Assembly: GCA_051889855.1 (NCBI GenBank)
Contig: JBJFDE010000047.1
Coordinates: 1 to 35,660 of the forward strand
Length of the DNA: 35,660 nt
Reading direction: 5' to 3'
DNA from: Candidatus Cryptobacteroides sp.
Lineage (GTDB): Bacteria; Bacteroidota; Bacteroidia; Bacteroidales; UBA932
The translations under genes and the position numbers were made by a program. The notes under the pieces are model-generated. The model searched no databases. It saw only the letters and a program-made list of their open reading frames with translations, and was not told the origin of the DNA. Shown piece by piece: positions 9,543-18,237 of this stretch (position 1 is its first letter; every line of letters starts with the position of its first letter).

Positions 9543-10484
9543 ATGAAAAAGTTTTTACTGATTGTGGCTGCAGCCGTTATGTCGGCTGTTACTGTGTCAG
9601 CACAGGACCTGGCACAGGCAACTGAGACTTACAACAACGGAGCTATGGAGCTTCAGATGGGTAACAATGCATTGGCACTGGAGCATTTCCAGAATGCACT
9701 TTCAATGGCGGAGTCACTCGGAGATGACGCTATCGACCTTGTGAACAATTGCAAGAAAGCCATTTGTTCAACTTCACTTTCAATGGCAAAGGAGCTTTAC
9801 AATGCCAAGGATTTTGATGCAGCCATCACTGCATTCGAGAAGGCAAAATCAGTAGCTGAAACTTATGGCGAGGCTGAAATCGCTGAAGAGGCAGCTGAAC
9901 TCACAGGTCAGACCTGGAAACTCAAATACAACACAGATGCAAAGGCTGCCATGTCTGCAAAAAATTATGACGAGGCTGCAGCAAACTTCAAGAAAGTGCT
10001 TGAGCTTGACCCTGAGAATGGAAACACTGCAATCCAGCTTGCACAGGCATATATGAAAGGAAGCAAGCTCGACGAAGCTCTTGAGGCTCTCGAGACTGCA
10101 AAGGCAAACGGTCAGGAGGCAAATGCCAACAAGATGATTTCTCAGATTTACCTTATGAAGGCTCAGGCTTCCCTCAAAGCCAAGAACTATCAGGCTGTCA
10201 TGGATCTTGCAGCAAAATCAAACGAGGCCCTTGAAAATGCAAATGCTTACAAGCTTGCAGCAAGTGCAGCTCAGAAGCTCGGAAAGAACAACGATTGCAT
10301 CGCTCTCTATGAGAAATATCTTGAGATTTCTCCTAAGGCTAAGGATGCAGCTGGCGTAATCTGCACAGTAGCTGTTCTTTACCAGCAGGCTGGCAACAAG
10401 GCTAAAGCTAAGGAGTACTACGAGAAAATCGTCAACGATCCTCAGTTCGGAGCAACTGCTGCTGAGCAGCTCAAGAACCTCTAA
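9543..10484 (+). CDS. Exported TPR-repeat protein
   Basis: Sec signal MKKFLLIVAAAVMSAVTVSA-Q. Multiple TPR helices (YDEAAANFKKVLELDP, LYEKYLEISP, AKEYYEKI). Confidence 0.88.
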   Translation: MKKFLLIVAAAVMSAVTVSAQDLAQATETYNNGAMELQMGNNALALEHFQNALSMAESLGDDAIDLVNNCKKAICSTSLSMAKELYNAKDFDAAITAFEKAKSVAETYGEAEIAEEAAELTGQTWKLKYNTDAKAAMSAKNYDEAAANFKKVLELDPENGNTAIQLAQAYMKGSKLDEALEALETAKANGQEANANKMISQIYLMKAQASLKAKNYQAVMDLAAKSNEALENANAYKLAASAAQKLGKNNDCIALYEKYLEISPKAKDAAGVICTVAVLYQQAGNKAKAKEYYEKIVNDPQFGATAAEQLKNL

Positions 10485-10487
10485 CAG

Positions 10488-12356
10488 ATGATTGAACTCG
10501 AACTTCTCGCCCCGGCGAGAAACATGGAAATCGGCATCGCGGCAATTGACTGCGGTGCCGATGCCGTGTATATGGCCGGACCGAAGTTCGGAGCAAGACA
10601 GGCGGCCGGAAACGAAATCGAAGACCTGGCTGCCTTGTGCAATTATGCGCACAAATTCGGGTCGCGGATATTTGTGACCTTGAATACCATATTGTATGAA
10701 GAAGACCTCGCAGATGCCTCAAGGCAGATGATGCAGGTCCAGGAGGCAGGAGCAGACGCAATCATCGTCCAGGACCTTGCCTTCGTTGAATTTGCACGCA
10801 GGGACTCTTCCTTCCATCTGCCCCTGCATGCGTCCACCCAATGTGCGATAAGGACTCCGGAACATGCCAGATGGCTGGAAAGCCTTGGTTTTTCAAGGCT
10901 GATTCTGGAAAGGGAACTTTCTCTGGAGCAGATAAGGGCAATCAGGGCGGCGATAAGCTGTGAACTGGAATTTTTCGTGCACGGCGCACTCTGTGTCTGC
11001 TATAGCGGTCAGTGCTACCTTTCACAGATGATTGCAGGCAGAAGTGCCAACCGGGGTGCCTGCATCCAGGCCTGCAGGTCCAGATATGACCTGGTCGATG
11101 GTCAGGGCAATGTGCTTCTCAAGGACAAAGCTCTGCTTTCATTGAAAGACTATAACCTCAAAGACAGGATTGAAGAACTTGCTGATGCTGGTATTTCATC
11201 CTTCAAGATTGAAGGACGCTTGAAAAATGAGTCCTATGTCAGGAATGTGGTCAGCGATTACTCTTCCGCGCTCAACCGTCTTGTGAGGAAAAATCCAGCT
11301 ACTTATTCAAGGGCCTCATTCGGCTCTGTAAGCGGTGGCTTCACCCCGGACTTGTCCAAGACCTTCAACCGAGGCTACACAAAACTGTTCATTGACGCGA
11401 CCAAGGGCAAATGGGCAAGCATGGATGCTGCCAAGTCCATGGGAGAATATCTTGGAACTGTCTGCAAGCTGTCCCGGGACAAGTCCTGGCTGGAAGTTGA
11501 TTCCAAAGGCAGGAGACTTGACCTTGCAAATGGAGACGGGTTTTCTTTCGTGGCTGCAGATTCCACTGTTGTGGGTTTCCGCGGTGATGTGTGCTCAGGC
11601 AACACTGTCAGGTGCAAAAGCACCCCTTCCCTTTATATCGGAGCAAAACTATTCCGTAATGTCAGTATTGATTTCGAAAAGGAAATCGAAAGGAGCAAGA
11701 GTATCAGGGAAATAATGGTGAACCTCAGTCTGGAATTCAGTACAACAGACCAAGGATCTTTCCAGGTCAGGGCAAATGCCACATCAGAAGACGGGAGATC
11801 TGTGAGCGAGGTCTTTGATGCAGGAACCACTCTGGCATCCAACAGGGAGAGAATGGTATCATTGATAATGAACCAGCTGGGTAAATCTTCCCTGCACTAC
11901 AGGTTCATCCCTCAGCCACCAGATGAGGATGACGGACTCCCGTTGATGAGTGCCTCGTTTCTGAACGGTATCCGCCGCACAATCACGCAGCTGCTTGACT
12001 TACAATCCTGCAAGAGCAAGGATCTTTATCGTGTAACCGAAAAGAAGCCTTCGGTAAAATACCCGGAATTCGCAGCGGACTACCGTCAGAATATAACAAA
12101 CCATTTATCTGAGAACATTTACATCCAGTCAGGAGCCAAGATCAAAGGAATGGCTTATGAACTTGCACCTGTAGCGGATGCAGAACTGATGCGTACCAAA
12201 TATTGCATCAGGCACGAGCTCGGCATCTGCCTCAAGGACTGCCGTGACAGCAGGAAACTGTTCCTTGTGAATAACGGCCGCAAGTTTGCCCTGGGCTTCG
12301 ACTGCGGCAACTGTGAAATGACTGTCAGCGCCCATATTCCTGAACCTCAAAAGTGA
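10488..12356 (+). CDS. U32 family protein, long form (RlhA-like RNA hydroxylation protein with C-terminal DUF3656-type region)
   Basis: LELLAPA, GADAVY, HASTQ, Fe-S Cys cluster HGALCVCYSGQC..NRGACIQACR, FKIEGRLK and C-terminal LMRTKYCIR...C. Confidence 0.88.
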   Translation: MIELELLAPARNMEIGIAAIDCGADAVYMAGPKFGARQAAGNEIEDLAALCNYAHKFGSRIFVTLNTILYEEDLADASRQMMQVQEAGADAIIVQDLAFVEFARRDSSFHLPLHASTQCAIRTPEHARWLESLGFSRLILERELSLEQIRAIRAAISCELEFFVHGALCVCYSGQCYLSQMIAGRSANRGACIQACRSRYDLVDGQGNVLLKDKALLSLKDYNLKDRIEELADAGISSFKIEGRLKNESYVRNVVSDYSSALNRLVRKNPATYSRASFGSVSGGFTPDLSKTFNRGYTKLFIDATKGKWASMDAAKSMGEYLGTVCKLSRDKSWLEVDSKGRRLDLANGDGFSFVAADSTVVGFRGDVCSGNTVRCKSTPSLYIGAKLFRNVSIDFEKEIERSKSIREIMVNLSLEFSTTDQGSFQVRANATSEDGRSVSEVFDAGTTLASNRERMVSLIMNQLGKSSLHYRFIPQPPDEDDGLPLMSASFLNGIRRTITQLLDLQSCKSKDLYRVTEKKPSVKYPEFAADYRQNITNHLSENIYIQSGAKIKGMAYELAPVADAELMRTKYCIRHELGICLKDCRDSRKLFLVNNGRKFALGFDCGNCEMTVSAHIPEPQK

Positions 12357-13572
12357 TGTCCACATCTCCGAAGTGCGAAGTGATGTCGCTGTTTGAGTCG
12401 AGCCACTTGCTGGCAAGCTGTCCCCGCCACACAATATCATCTCTTTTGTTGAAAGGCAGATTTATCTCCACACCGTAACTTTTGGAGGCAATCCTTACAA
12501 GGGCCGTGCATTTCCATTCCGTTCTTGTACCTCCGTCATCTTCCGTTATCATGAAGGCGCAATGAGTCATCTGTTCGCTCCAGTCCGACACAAGCATGGC
12601 ATTGAAAGGCTGAGGAATACCCAGCTGATTTCTCTTGACGACAACAAGAAAGTCTGTGACAGTGGGATTGTAAAGGCGGAGTTCAGCTTCGGTGGAAGCA
12701 GTGAAATCTTTCACATAGCCCGCTTTTATCCAGAACTCCGAACCTCCGCAGAACCATGGATCGAAATTCCTTTTCATTGTGAAATCCTTAAGAATCAATG
12801 CTTTCAAAGGCTGGTCGGAAGACTTGACAGGAGACTGGGGCGAAGGCTTGACAACAATGTTACCACCCCCGTTTCCCCAGTCGGGATCCTGCCTTCTCAA
12901 AAGCTCCAAAGAAGTGAATTCAGCATCTGAATTACGATTTACAACCCACACTGGCATTTCTTGTGCCATCTTTTCATCCACGATGACAGTTTCTACATCT
13001 CTGGAGCCGTCTGCATTGCACACTATCCTATATCCGATATTTGTTTCTCCACCATCTTCCGGGTCGAAAGTGATGATTGGCATTGTCTTTTCGTCCCAAT
13101 CCTGGGAATATGGCCAGTAAATCTGTACATCGGACTCGGTCAGGGCTTTGAGAAAGCTGTCAGGGTCACAGACAGGAGGCACATCACTGCCGGAGCTTTT
13201 GACTGCGGCTGTGCTGCGTACATGCTTTTCTATCAGCTTTCTCAAAGGATTGGACTGAAATTCTGTCACCTTGGTAGAAGTACCATCTTCCCCTACACCT
13301 GCCCCGGGGTTGGAAAACAGGTCTTTCATCGTGTATTCTTCATCGTAACCGTTTGTCGAGGATGTGCTCACGGCACGGTGTACCTCAAGAAGATGGATTC
13401 TGTCGAGCGGGACAGCTGCGAGAATGTCAGCTACTGCATTGAGGCTGATACTCGTACTGTCCTGTTCCTGCGTAAGATGCTTGTTGAGATTGTCATCAAC
13501 AATCTCACATGATGTCGTCATGGCAAGAAGACATGCGGCAAATAGAAATAATCTGTATTCAACGTGTACCAT
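12325..13572 (-). CDS. Hypothetical lipoprotein
   Basis: Signal II MVHVEYRLFLFAACLLAMTTS-C followed by acidic EIVDD. About 415 aa. The 3' end overlaps the U32 gene by 32 nt. Confidence 0.78.
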   Translation of the reverse strand: MVHVEYRLFLFAACLLAMTTSCEIVDDNLNKHLTQEQDSTSISLNAVADILAAVPLDRIHLLEVHRAVSTSSTNGYDEEYTMKDLFSNPGAGVGEDGTSTKVTEFQSNPLRKLIEKHVRSTAAVKSSGSDVPPVCDPDSFLKALTESDVQIYWPYSQDWDEKTMPIITFDPEDGGETNIGYRIVCNADGSRDVETVIVDEKMAQEMPVWVVNRNSDAEFTSLELLRRQDPDWGNGGGNIVVKPSPQSPVKSSDQPLKALILKDFTMKRNFDPWFCGGSEFWIKAGYVKDFTASTEAELRLYNPTVTDFLVVVKRNQLGIPQPFNAMLVSDWSEQMTHCAFMITEDDGGTRTEWKCTALVRIASKSYGVEINLPFNKRDDIVWRGQLASKWLDSNSDITSHFGDVDITFEVQEYGR

Positions 13573-13607
13573 ATCATTTGTATTTTGTCTGCCGCAAAGT
13601 TCCCGGT

Positions 13608-13642
13608 AAATATCCGTGTACCGAAATTTTACACGGATATTT
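13608..13642. repeat. 13-bp perfect inverted repeat upstream of the lipoprotein gene
   Basis: AAATATCCGTGTA-ccgaaattt-TACACGGATATTT. Confidence 0.85.
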
Positions 13643-13644
13643 GC

Positions 13645-13675
13645 AAAAAAAGCCCCTGGACGTGCGTCCAAGGGC
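13645..13675 (-). terminator. Intrinsic terminator of mdh
   Basis: GC-rich stem GCCC(C)TGGACG-tg-CGTCCA(A)GGGC, followed on the minus strand by T7. Confidence 0.8.
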
Positions 13676-13689
13676 GATTGGTCTATGAA

Positions 13690-13724
13690 ATTTTGTTTGA
13701 TTTTGTTGCAAAATCAAACAAAAT
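13690..13724. repeat. 16-bp perfect AT-rich inverted repeat in the mdh 3' UTR
   Basis: ATTTTGTTTGATTTTG-ttg-CAAAATCAAACAAAAT. Confidence 0.85.
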
Positions 13725-13741
13725 CCTGCTGTTTTTGACGA

Positions 13742-14734
13742 TTAGAGGTTCGGATTGAGGGTTTTCCACTCTGCTACCGGAGGTATGATTCCGAGTCCGA
13801 TAATCTCGTCACGCATCTTCTGGAGGTGCTCATAAGATGCCTGGAGTGCTGCCATTTCCTCAGCTGTTCCTTCCGGTGCAGTGAAATGAACGCCGTCAGC
13901 ATCGATTACTGTAGGCATTGCCATCATCACATTCTTGTAACCGCATTTGTCGCAGTTTACATAGCATCCTGCAGGCCAGTTGAATTTCTCACCGCCCATT
14001 GCACCTTCGATCATCTTGACAGCCTGATAAGCAGGGCTCTGGAATGATGAACGTCCACGGAGTTTGATGATGTTTGAACCTCCCTGGGTAGTCATGTGTT
14101 TGATTTCTGCCCAACGCTCTGCTGAAAGCGGAAGCTCTGAAAGAGGTTTGCCGTCAATCTTTGCCTTTGATGCGAATACTGCCATCTGCTCACCATGACC
14201 ACCGTAAGTGTATGCATCTGTTACTTTGTCCTGCTGTACGCCGAACTCCTGAGCGAGCTGCTGCTGCAGACGTGTAGAGTCAAGTGCTGCGAGTGAAGTA
14301 AGCTGGTTTGGCTTGAGACCTGAGTGGATGAGAGCGGTAAGAGCTGTTACGTCAGCAGGGTTGAAGATAACCACTACATGTTTCACGTCAGGGCAATACT
14401 TTCTGATGTTCTCACCGAAGTCAGCTGCAATCTGGCAGTTTCCTTTGAGGAGGTCCTCACGTGTCATGCCCTCTTTGCGAGGTGCTCCGCCTGAAGAGAT
14501 GATGTACTTGGCTCCTGTGAATGCAACCTCAGGATCAACAGTGTAAGAAAGGTTTGCTCCCGGGAAAGCGCAGTGGCACATTTCGTCATAAACGCCATGC
14601 ACACCTGGCTCATAGATGTCATAAAGGCAGATGTTCGGAGTAAGACCGAGCATGAGCACTGATTGAACCATGTTAGAGCCGATCATTCCGCCGGCACCTA
14701 CGATTACGAGTTTTTCGTTTGTCAAAAATTCCAT
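13742..14734 (-). CDS. mdh: Malate dehydrogenase (LDH/MDH family)
   Basis: GAGGMIG Rossmann motif, GAPRKEGMTREDL (Arg specificity loop), NPAD, LDSTR and GGHGE. ATG at 14734. Confidence 0.92.
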   Translation of the reverse strand: MEFLTNEKLVIVGAGGMIGSNMVQSVLMLGLTPNICLYDIYEPGVHGVYDEMCHCAFPGANLSYTVDPEVAFTGAKYIISSGGAPRKEGMTREDLLKGNCQIAADFGENIRKYCPDVKHVVVIFNPADVTALTALIHSGLKPNQLTSLAALDSTRLQQQLAQEFGVQQDKVTDAYTYGGHGEQMAVFASKAKIDGKPLSELPLSAERWAEIKHMTTQGGSNIIKLRGRSSFQSPAYQAVKMIEGAMGGEKFNWPAGCYVNCDKCGYKNVMMAMPTVIDADGVHFTAPEGTAEEMAALQASYEHLQKMRDEIIGLGIIPPVAEWKTLNPNL

Positions 14735-14771
14735 AATATTAATACCTAAAAATCGTTCCACATTGGGAAGG

Positions 14772-14779
14772 CAAATATA
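14772..14779 (-). promoter_or_regulatory. -7 promoter element of mdh
   Basis: TATATTTG on minus, 38 nt upstream of the ATG. Confidence 0.65.
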
Positions 14780-14853
14780 GCACTTTTCAAATGATTAATC
14801 ACTACTTCTGCCTACAGATTGAAATAAAATTTTATGAATTGAAAACTCTTTAC

Positions 14854-14861
14854 TATATTTG
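14854..14861 (+). promoter_or_regulatory. -7 promoter element driving the structured element and the PPTase gene
   Basis: TATATTTG in an AT-rich context, about 245 nt upstream of the PPTase ATG. Confidence 0.65.
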
Positions 14862-14869
14862 CCGGCGAT

Positions 14870-15080
14870 TCAAATACAGATTGAAACGTGGAACCTCCCA
14901 GTCCAATATTGACAGAACAGAATTTCCCAGCGGATGCCAAGTCGGATGATCCGTTGTCCCAGACAATTTATATGGTGATGGGTGCCCCTTCTGCTACAGA
15001 AGAGGCGAGTTATTGCGTGTGTGCATGGTCTGCACACACCGGTTTGTCGTACATAGGAGTCCCATGCAGTATTGTTTCAT
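14870..15080 (+). ncRNA. Candidate structured non-coding RNA or cis-regulatory leader of unknown class
   Basis: A GC-richer block inside an AT-rich intergenic region. It has end-to-end pairing, a second long-range stem and three local hairpins, and starts right after a -7 element. No recognisable tRNA, tmRNA, RNase P, SRP or riboswitch signature. Confidence 0.5.
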
Positions 15081-15106
15081 AAGTATGATTACCTTATATA
15101 TTATAT

Positions 15107-15742
15107 ATGGCACTATATCTTAGAAAGAAACTTGAAAACAAAGCAGAAATTGCGGTCTGGCAGATAACAGAGACCGAAGATGAATTGTGGGCACTGAGTT
15201 CAGTCCCGAATGATGAGATGGAGGAGATTTCCCTCATCAGGAGCGAAAGTCAGAGAAAACAGAAGCTGGCAGTCAGAGCTTTGCTGAACGAAGTGTTTGA
15301 GGAGAAAATGTACTTGAACCATCATGACAACGGCAAGCCTTACCTTGAAAACTGCGTGACCAACATCAGTATCACCCACACAGAGAAATATGTGGCAATC
15401 ATAACACATGACGAGGATGACCTTGGCATTGACATCGAATCTCTCGACAGGGATTTCTCCGCAGTGGAGAAGAAAGCTCTCTCAGAGGATGAGATTGAGG
15501 ATTTGGATGAGGAAAAAAGAAATGAGCAGCTTGCCATCTACTGGTGTGCAAAGGAAGCCATTTTCAAGAGAATGTCCCAGAACAGAGTCGATTTCGCAGA
15601 GCAGATAGAGGTGGAGAAGTTCCGTCCGAAAGGAGAAGGTGAGCTTGAAGCCACCTTCATTCACAAAGATGAACACGAGGAGGAATTCGAACTGGAATAC
15701 ATCACTTTCGACCGTCACGTACTTGTCTGGCTTGTCGGCTGA
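15107..15742 (+). CDS. 4'-phosphopantetheinyl transferase (Sfp-like)
   Basis: NGKPYL, NISITHT, LGIDIE and WCAKEAIFK. Confidence 0.92.
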   Translation: MALYLRKKLENKAEIAVWQITETEDELWALSSVPNDEMEEISLIRSESQRKQKLAVRALLNEVFEEKMYLNHHDNGKPYLENCVTNISITHTEKYVAIITHDEDDLGIDIESLDRDFSAVEKKALSEDEIEDLDEEKRNEQLAIYWCAKEAIFKRMSQNRVDFAEQIEVEKFRPKGEGELEATFIHKDEHEEEFELEYITFDRHVLVWLVG

Positions 15743-15817
15743 TGCCCCGGAGGGGTTCCGGCCTGACATAACAACAATGTTAGCCAATTTGGATAAATTC
15801 TATTTTAATAAAAATTT

Positions 15818-15855
15818 AAATAGCCTGTTAGTCAATGACTTAACAGGCTATTTTT
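15818..15855 (+). terminator. Intrinsic terminator after the PPTase gene
   Basis: AAATAGCCTGTTA-gtcaatgact-TAACAGGCTATTT(TT). Confidence 0.8.
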
Positions 15856-15909
15856 ACGATTGTTAATAACTTTTACATTACATATTAGGTTTCTTAAAAT
15901 AATATGATT

Positions 15910-15917
15910 TATCTTTG
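15910..15917 (+). promoter_or_regulatory. -7 promoter element of nrdDG
   Basis: TATCTTTG about 100 nt upstream of nrdD. Confidence 0.65.
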
Positions 15918-16018
15918 CTAAACAGTCGGAGAATCCCATCGAAGACACAATCACCCTAACAAGTTAAGCAACACTATATTCCGGTTCGATTGCATCCGGA
16001 CTAAACAATTCACCCGAT

Positions 16019-18226
16019 ATGGTCAAGAAAGTCATCAAGCGCGACGGTCGCGAAGTTTTGTTCGACAACAGAAAGATTGTCGATGCCATCCTTAAGGCAA
16101 TGAACGTAACTGAAAAAGGCGAGGATATTGTCCTGGCAGCCGAGATTGCTTCTGTCATCTCAAAAATCGAGACAGAGAAAATGAGCGTGGAGGACATCCA
16201 GGATCAGGTGGAAATGGAGCTTATGAGAAGCCCCAGAAAAGAAGTTGCAAAGAAATATATTGCGTACCGCAACCAGAGGAACCTTGCGAGAAAGGCCAAG
16301 TCCCGTGAAATCTTCAAGGAAATCATCGAAGCTCAGGCAACTGACATCACCCGCGAGAATGCGAACATGAATGCAGACACTCCTGCGGGCATGATGATGA
16401 AATTTGCATCCGAGTCAACCAAGTCTTTTGTGGACGAGTGCCTCCTTTCAGAAGATGTAAAGGAAGCTGTAAAGAATGGCTATATCCATATCCATGACAA
16501 GGACTACTACCCTACCAAGAGTCTTACCTGCGTCCAGCATCCGCTTGACAAGATTCTCAAGAACGGTTTCTTCGCAGGACATGGAGAGTCCCGTCCTGCC
16601 AAAAGAATCGAAACAGCAAGTATCCTTGGCTGTATTTCAATGGAAACCGTCCAGAATGAAATGCATGGCGGACAGGCGATTCCTGCATTCGATTTCTATA
16701 TGGCTCCGTTCGTAAGAAGGACATTCCATGAGGAAATCGAGAAACTCAGTGAGCTTTACGGGGAAGATTTCAGCAGGCTCAACGATGTTGAGATTGATGA
16801 CTATATCAAACGCGACCTTGTCGGCATTCAGGGTGACGAGCGCATCGTCCAGCATGCAATCAATATGACAGTGAGCAGGGTTCACCAGTCAATGGAAGCC
16901 TTCGTACATAATATGAACTCCATCCATTCAAGGGGTGGCAACCAGGTGGTATTCAGCTCCATCAACTATGGAACAGATACATCAGCCGAAGGCCGTTGTG
17001 TCATCCGCGAAATCCTCAACACGACATACGAGGGTGTCGGTAACGGTTCCACCGCTATCTTCCCTATTCAAATCTGGAAGAAAAAACGTGGCGTAAGCTA
17101 CCTGCCAGAGGACAAGAACTATGACCTTTACAAGTTTGCCTGCAAGGTTTCCGCAAGGAGATTCTTCCCTAACTTCATCAATCTGGATGCTCCGTTCAAC
17201 CAGCACGAACTTTGGAGAGCAGACGATCCTCAACGCTATCAGTGGGAGTGTGCGACCATGGGATGCCGCACCAGGGTATTCGAGAACAGGTTCGGACCTA
17301 AGACTTCAATCGCAAGGGGCAACCTTTCATTCACTACTATCAATATCGTAAGGCTGGCCATCGAGTGCATGGGCATCGAGGACAAGCAGGAAAGAATCGG
17401 TACATTCTTCCACAAGCTGGACTGGGCTATGGGCATTGCAGCAAAGCAGCTCAATGAAAGGTTCAATTTCCAGAAAACTGCTCTCAAGAAACAGTTCCCT
17501 CTTCTTATGGGTGCTCTCTGGCTCGGTTGCGAGAACCTAAAAGAAAATGACAGCATTGAGTCTGTAATCAATCAGGGAACCCTCGGAATCGGATTCATCG
17601 GACTTGCCGAGGCTCTTATTGCCCTTGTCGGCAAGCACCATGGAGAGTCTGAAGAGGCTCAGGAACTGGGTCTGAGGATTGTGACCTATATGAGAGACAA
17701 GGCAAACGAGTTCTCAGAGATGTTCCAGCACAATTTCAGCGTGCTTGCAACTCCTGCAGAAGGCCTTTCCGGAAGGTTTACAAAGTTGGACAAGAAGAAG
17801 TTCGGCATCATTCCTGGCATCACAGACAAAGACTATTACACCAACTCCAACCATGTGCCTGTATATTATAAATGTACTCCTAAGCACAAGGCTGAGATTG
17901 AGGCTCCATACCATGACCTTACAAGAGGCGGCCATATCTTCTATGTTGAGATCGACGGAGATGCCACCCACAATGCAGAAGCCATCATGGCAATCGTTGA
18001 CCTGATGGACAAGTACAATATCGGATACGGCTCCGTGAACCACAACCGCAACCGCTGCATGGACTGCGGATTTGAAAATGCCGATCCGGACCTTGAAGTA
18101 TGTCCTCACTGCGGAAGTGCCAAGATTGACAAACTCCAGAGAATTACAGGTTACCTGGTAGGTACTACAGACCGCTGGAACAGCGCCAAATTGGCGGAGC
18201 TTAAAGACCGCGTAGTACACAAATAG
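16019..18226 (+). CDS. nrdD: Anaerobic (class III) ribonucleoside-triphosphate reductase
   Basis: N-terminal ATP cone (VIKRDGR), IHIHDKDY, TMGCRT, ATPAEGL, YYTNSNH, Zn site CMDC..CPHC and glycyl-radical motif RITGYL. Confidence 0.97.
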   Translation: MVKKVIKRDGREVLFDNRKIVDAILKAMNVTEKGEDIVLAAEIASVISKIETEKMSVEDIQDQVEMELMRSPRKEVAKKYIAYRNQRNLARKAKSREIFKEIIEAQATDITRENANMNADTPAGMMMKFASESTKSFVDECLLSEDVKEAVKNGYIHIHDKDYYPTKSLTCVQHPLDKILKNGFFAGHGESRPAKRIETASILGCISMETVQNEMHGGQAIPAFDFYMAPFVRRTFHEEIEKLSELYGEDFSRLNDVEIDDYIKRDLVGIQGDERIVQHAINMTVSRVHQSMEAFVHNMNSIHSRGGNQVVFSSINYGTDTSAEGRCVIREILNTTYEGVGNGSTAIFPIQIWKKKRGVSYLPEDKNYDLYKFACKVSARRFFPNFINLDAPFNQHELWRADDPQRYQWECATMGCRTRVFENRFGPKTSIARGNLSFTTINIVRLAIECMGIEDKQERIGTFFHKLDWAMGIAAKQLNERFNFQKTALKKQFPLLMGALWLGCENLKENDSIESVINQGTLGIGFIGLAEALIALVGKHHGESEEAQELGLRIVTYMRDKANEFSEMFQHNFSVLATPAEGLSGRFTKLDKKKFGIIPGITDKDYYTNSNHVPVYYKCTPKHKAEIEAPYHDLTRGGHIFYVEIDGDATHNAEAIMAIVDLMDKYNIGYGSVNHNRNRCMDCGFENADPDLEVCPHCGSAKIDKLQRITGYLVGTTDRWNSAKLAELKDRVVHK

Positions 18227-18237
18227 CAGATTTTCAG

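Noticed and set aside
14870-15080. Identification of the element as tmRNA, RNase P, SRP, a group I/II intron, or a TPP, FMN, cobalamin, SAM or lysine riboswitch
   Set aside because: None of the hallmark sequences (GGGG...CCA ends, GAGGAAAGUCC, the SRP loop, CUGAGA, the B12 box, intron domain V) is visible on either strand.
14888-15082. 64-aa GTG-start ORF spanning the structured element
   Set aside because: It has no recognisable motif and lacks the AT-rich start context of real genes here. The base-pairing pattern is better explained as RNA structure, though a leader peptide cannot be excluded without ribosome profiling.
15107-15742. PPTase as a marker of an NRPS/PKS cluster
   Set aside because: No carrier protein or synthase genes are in the window. 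It is most likely the housekeeping ACP-activating enzyme.
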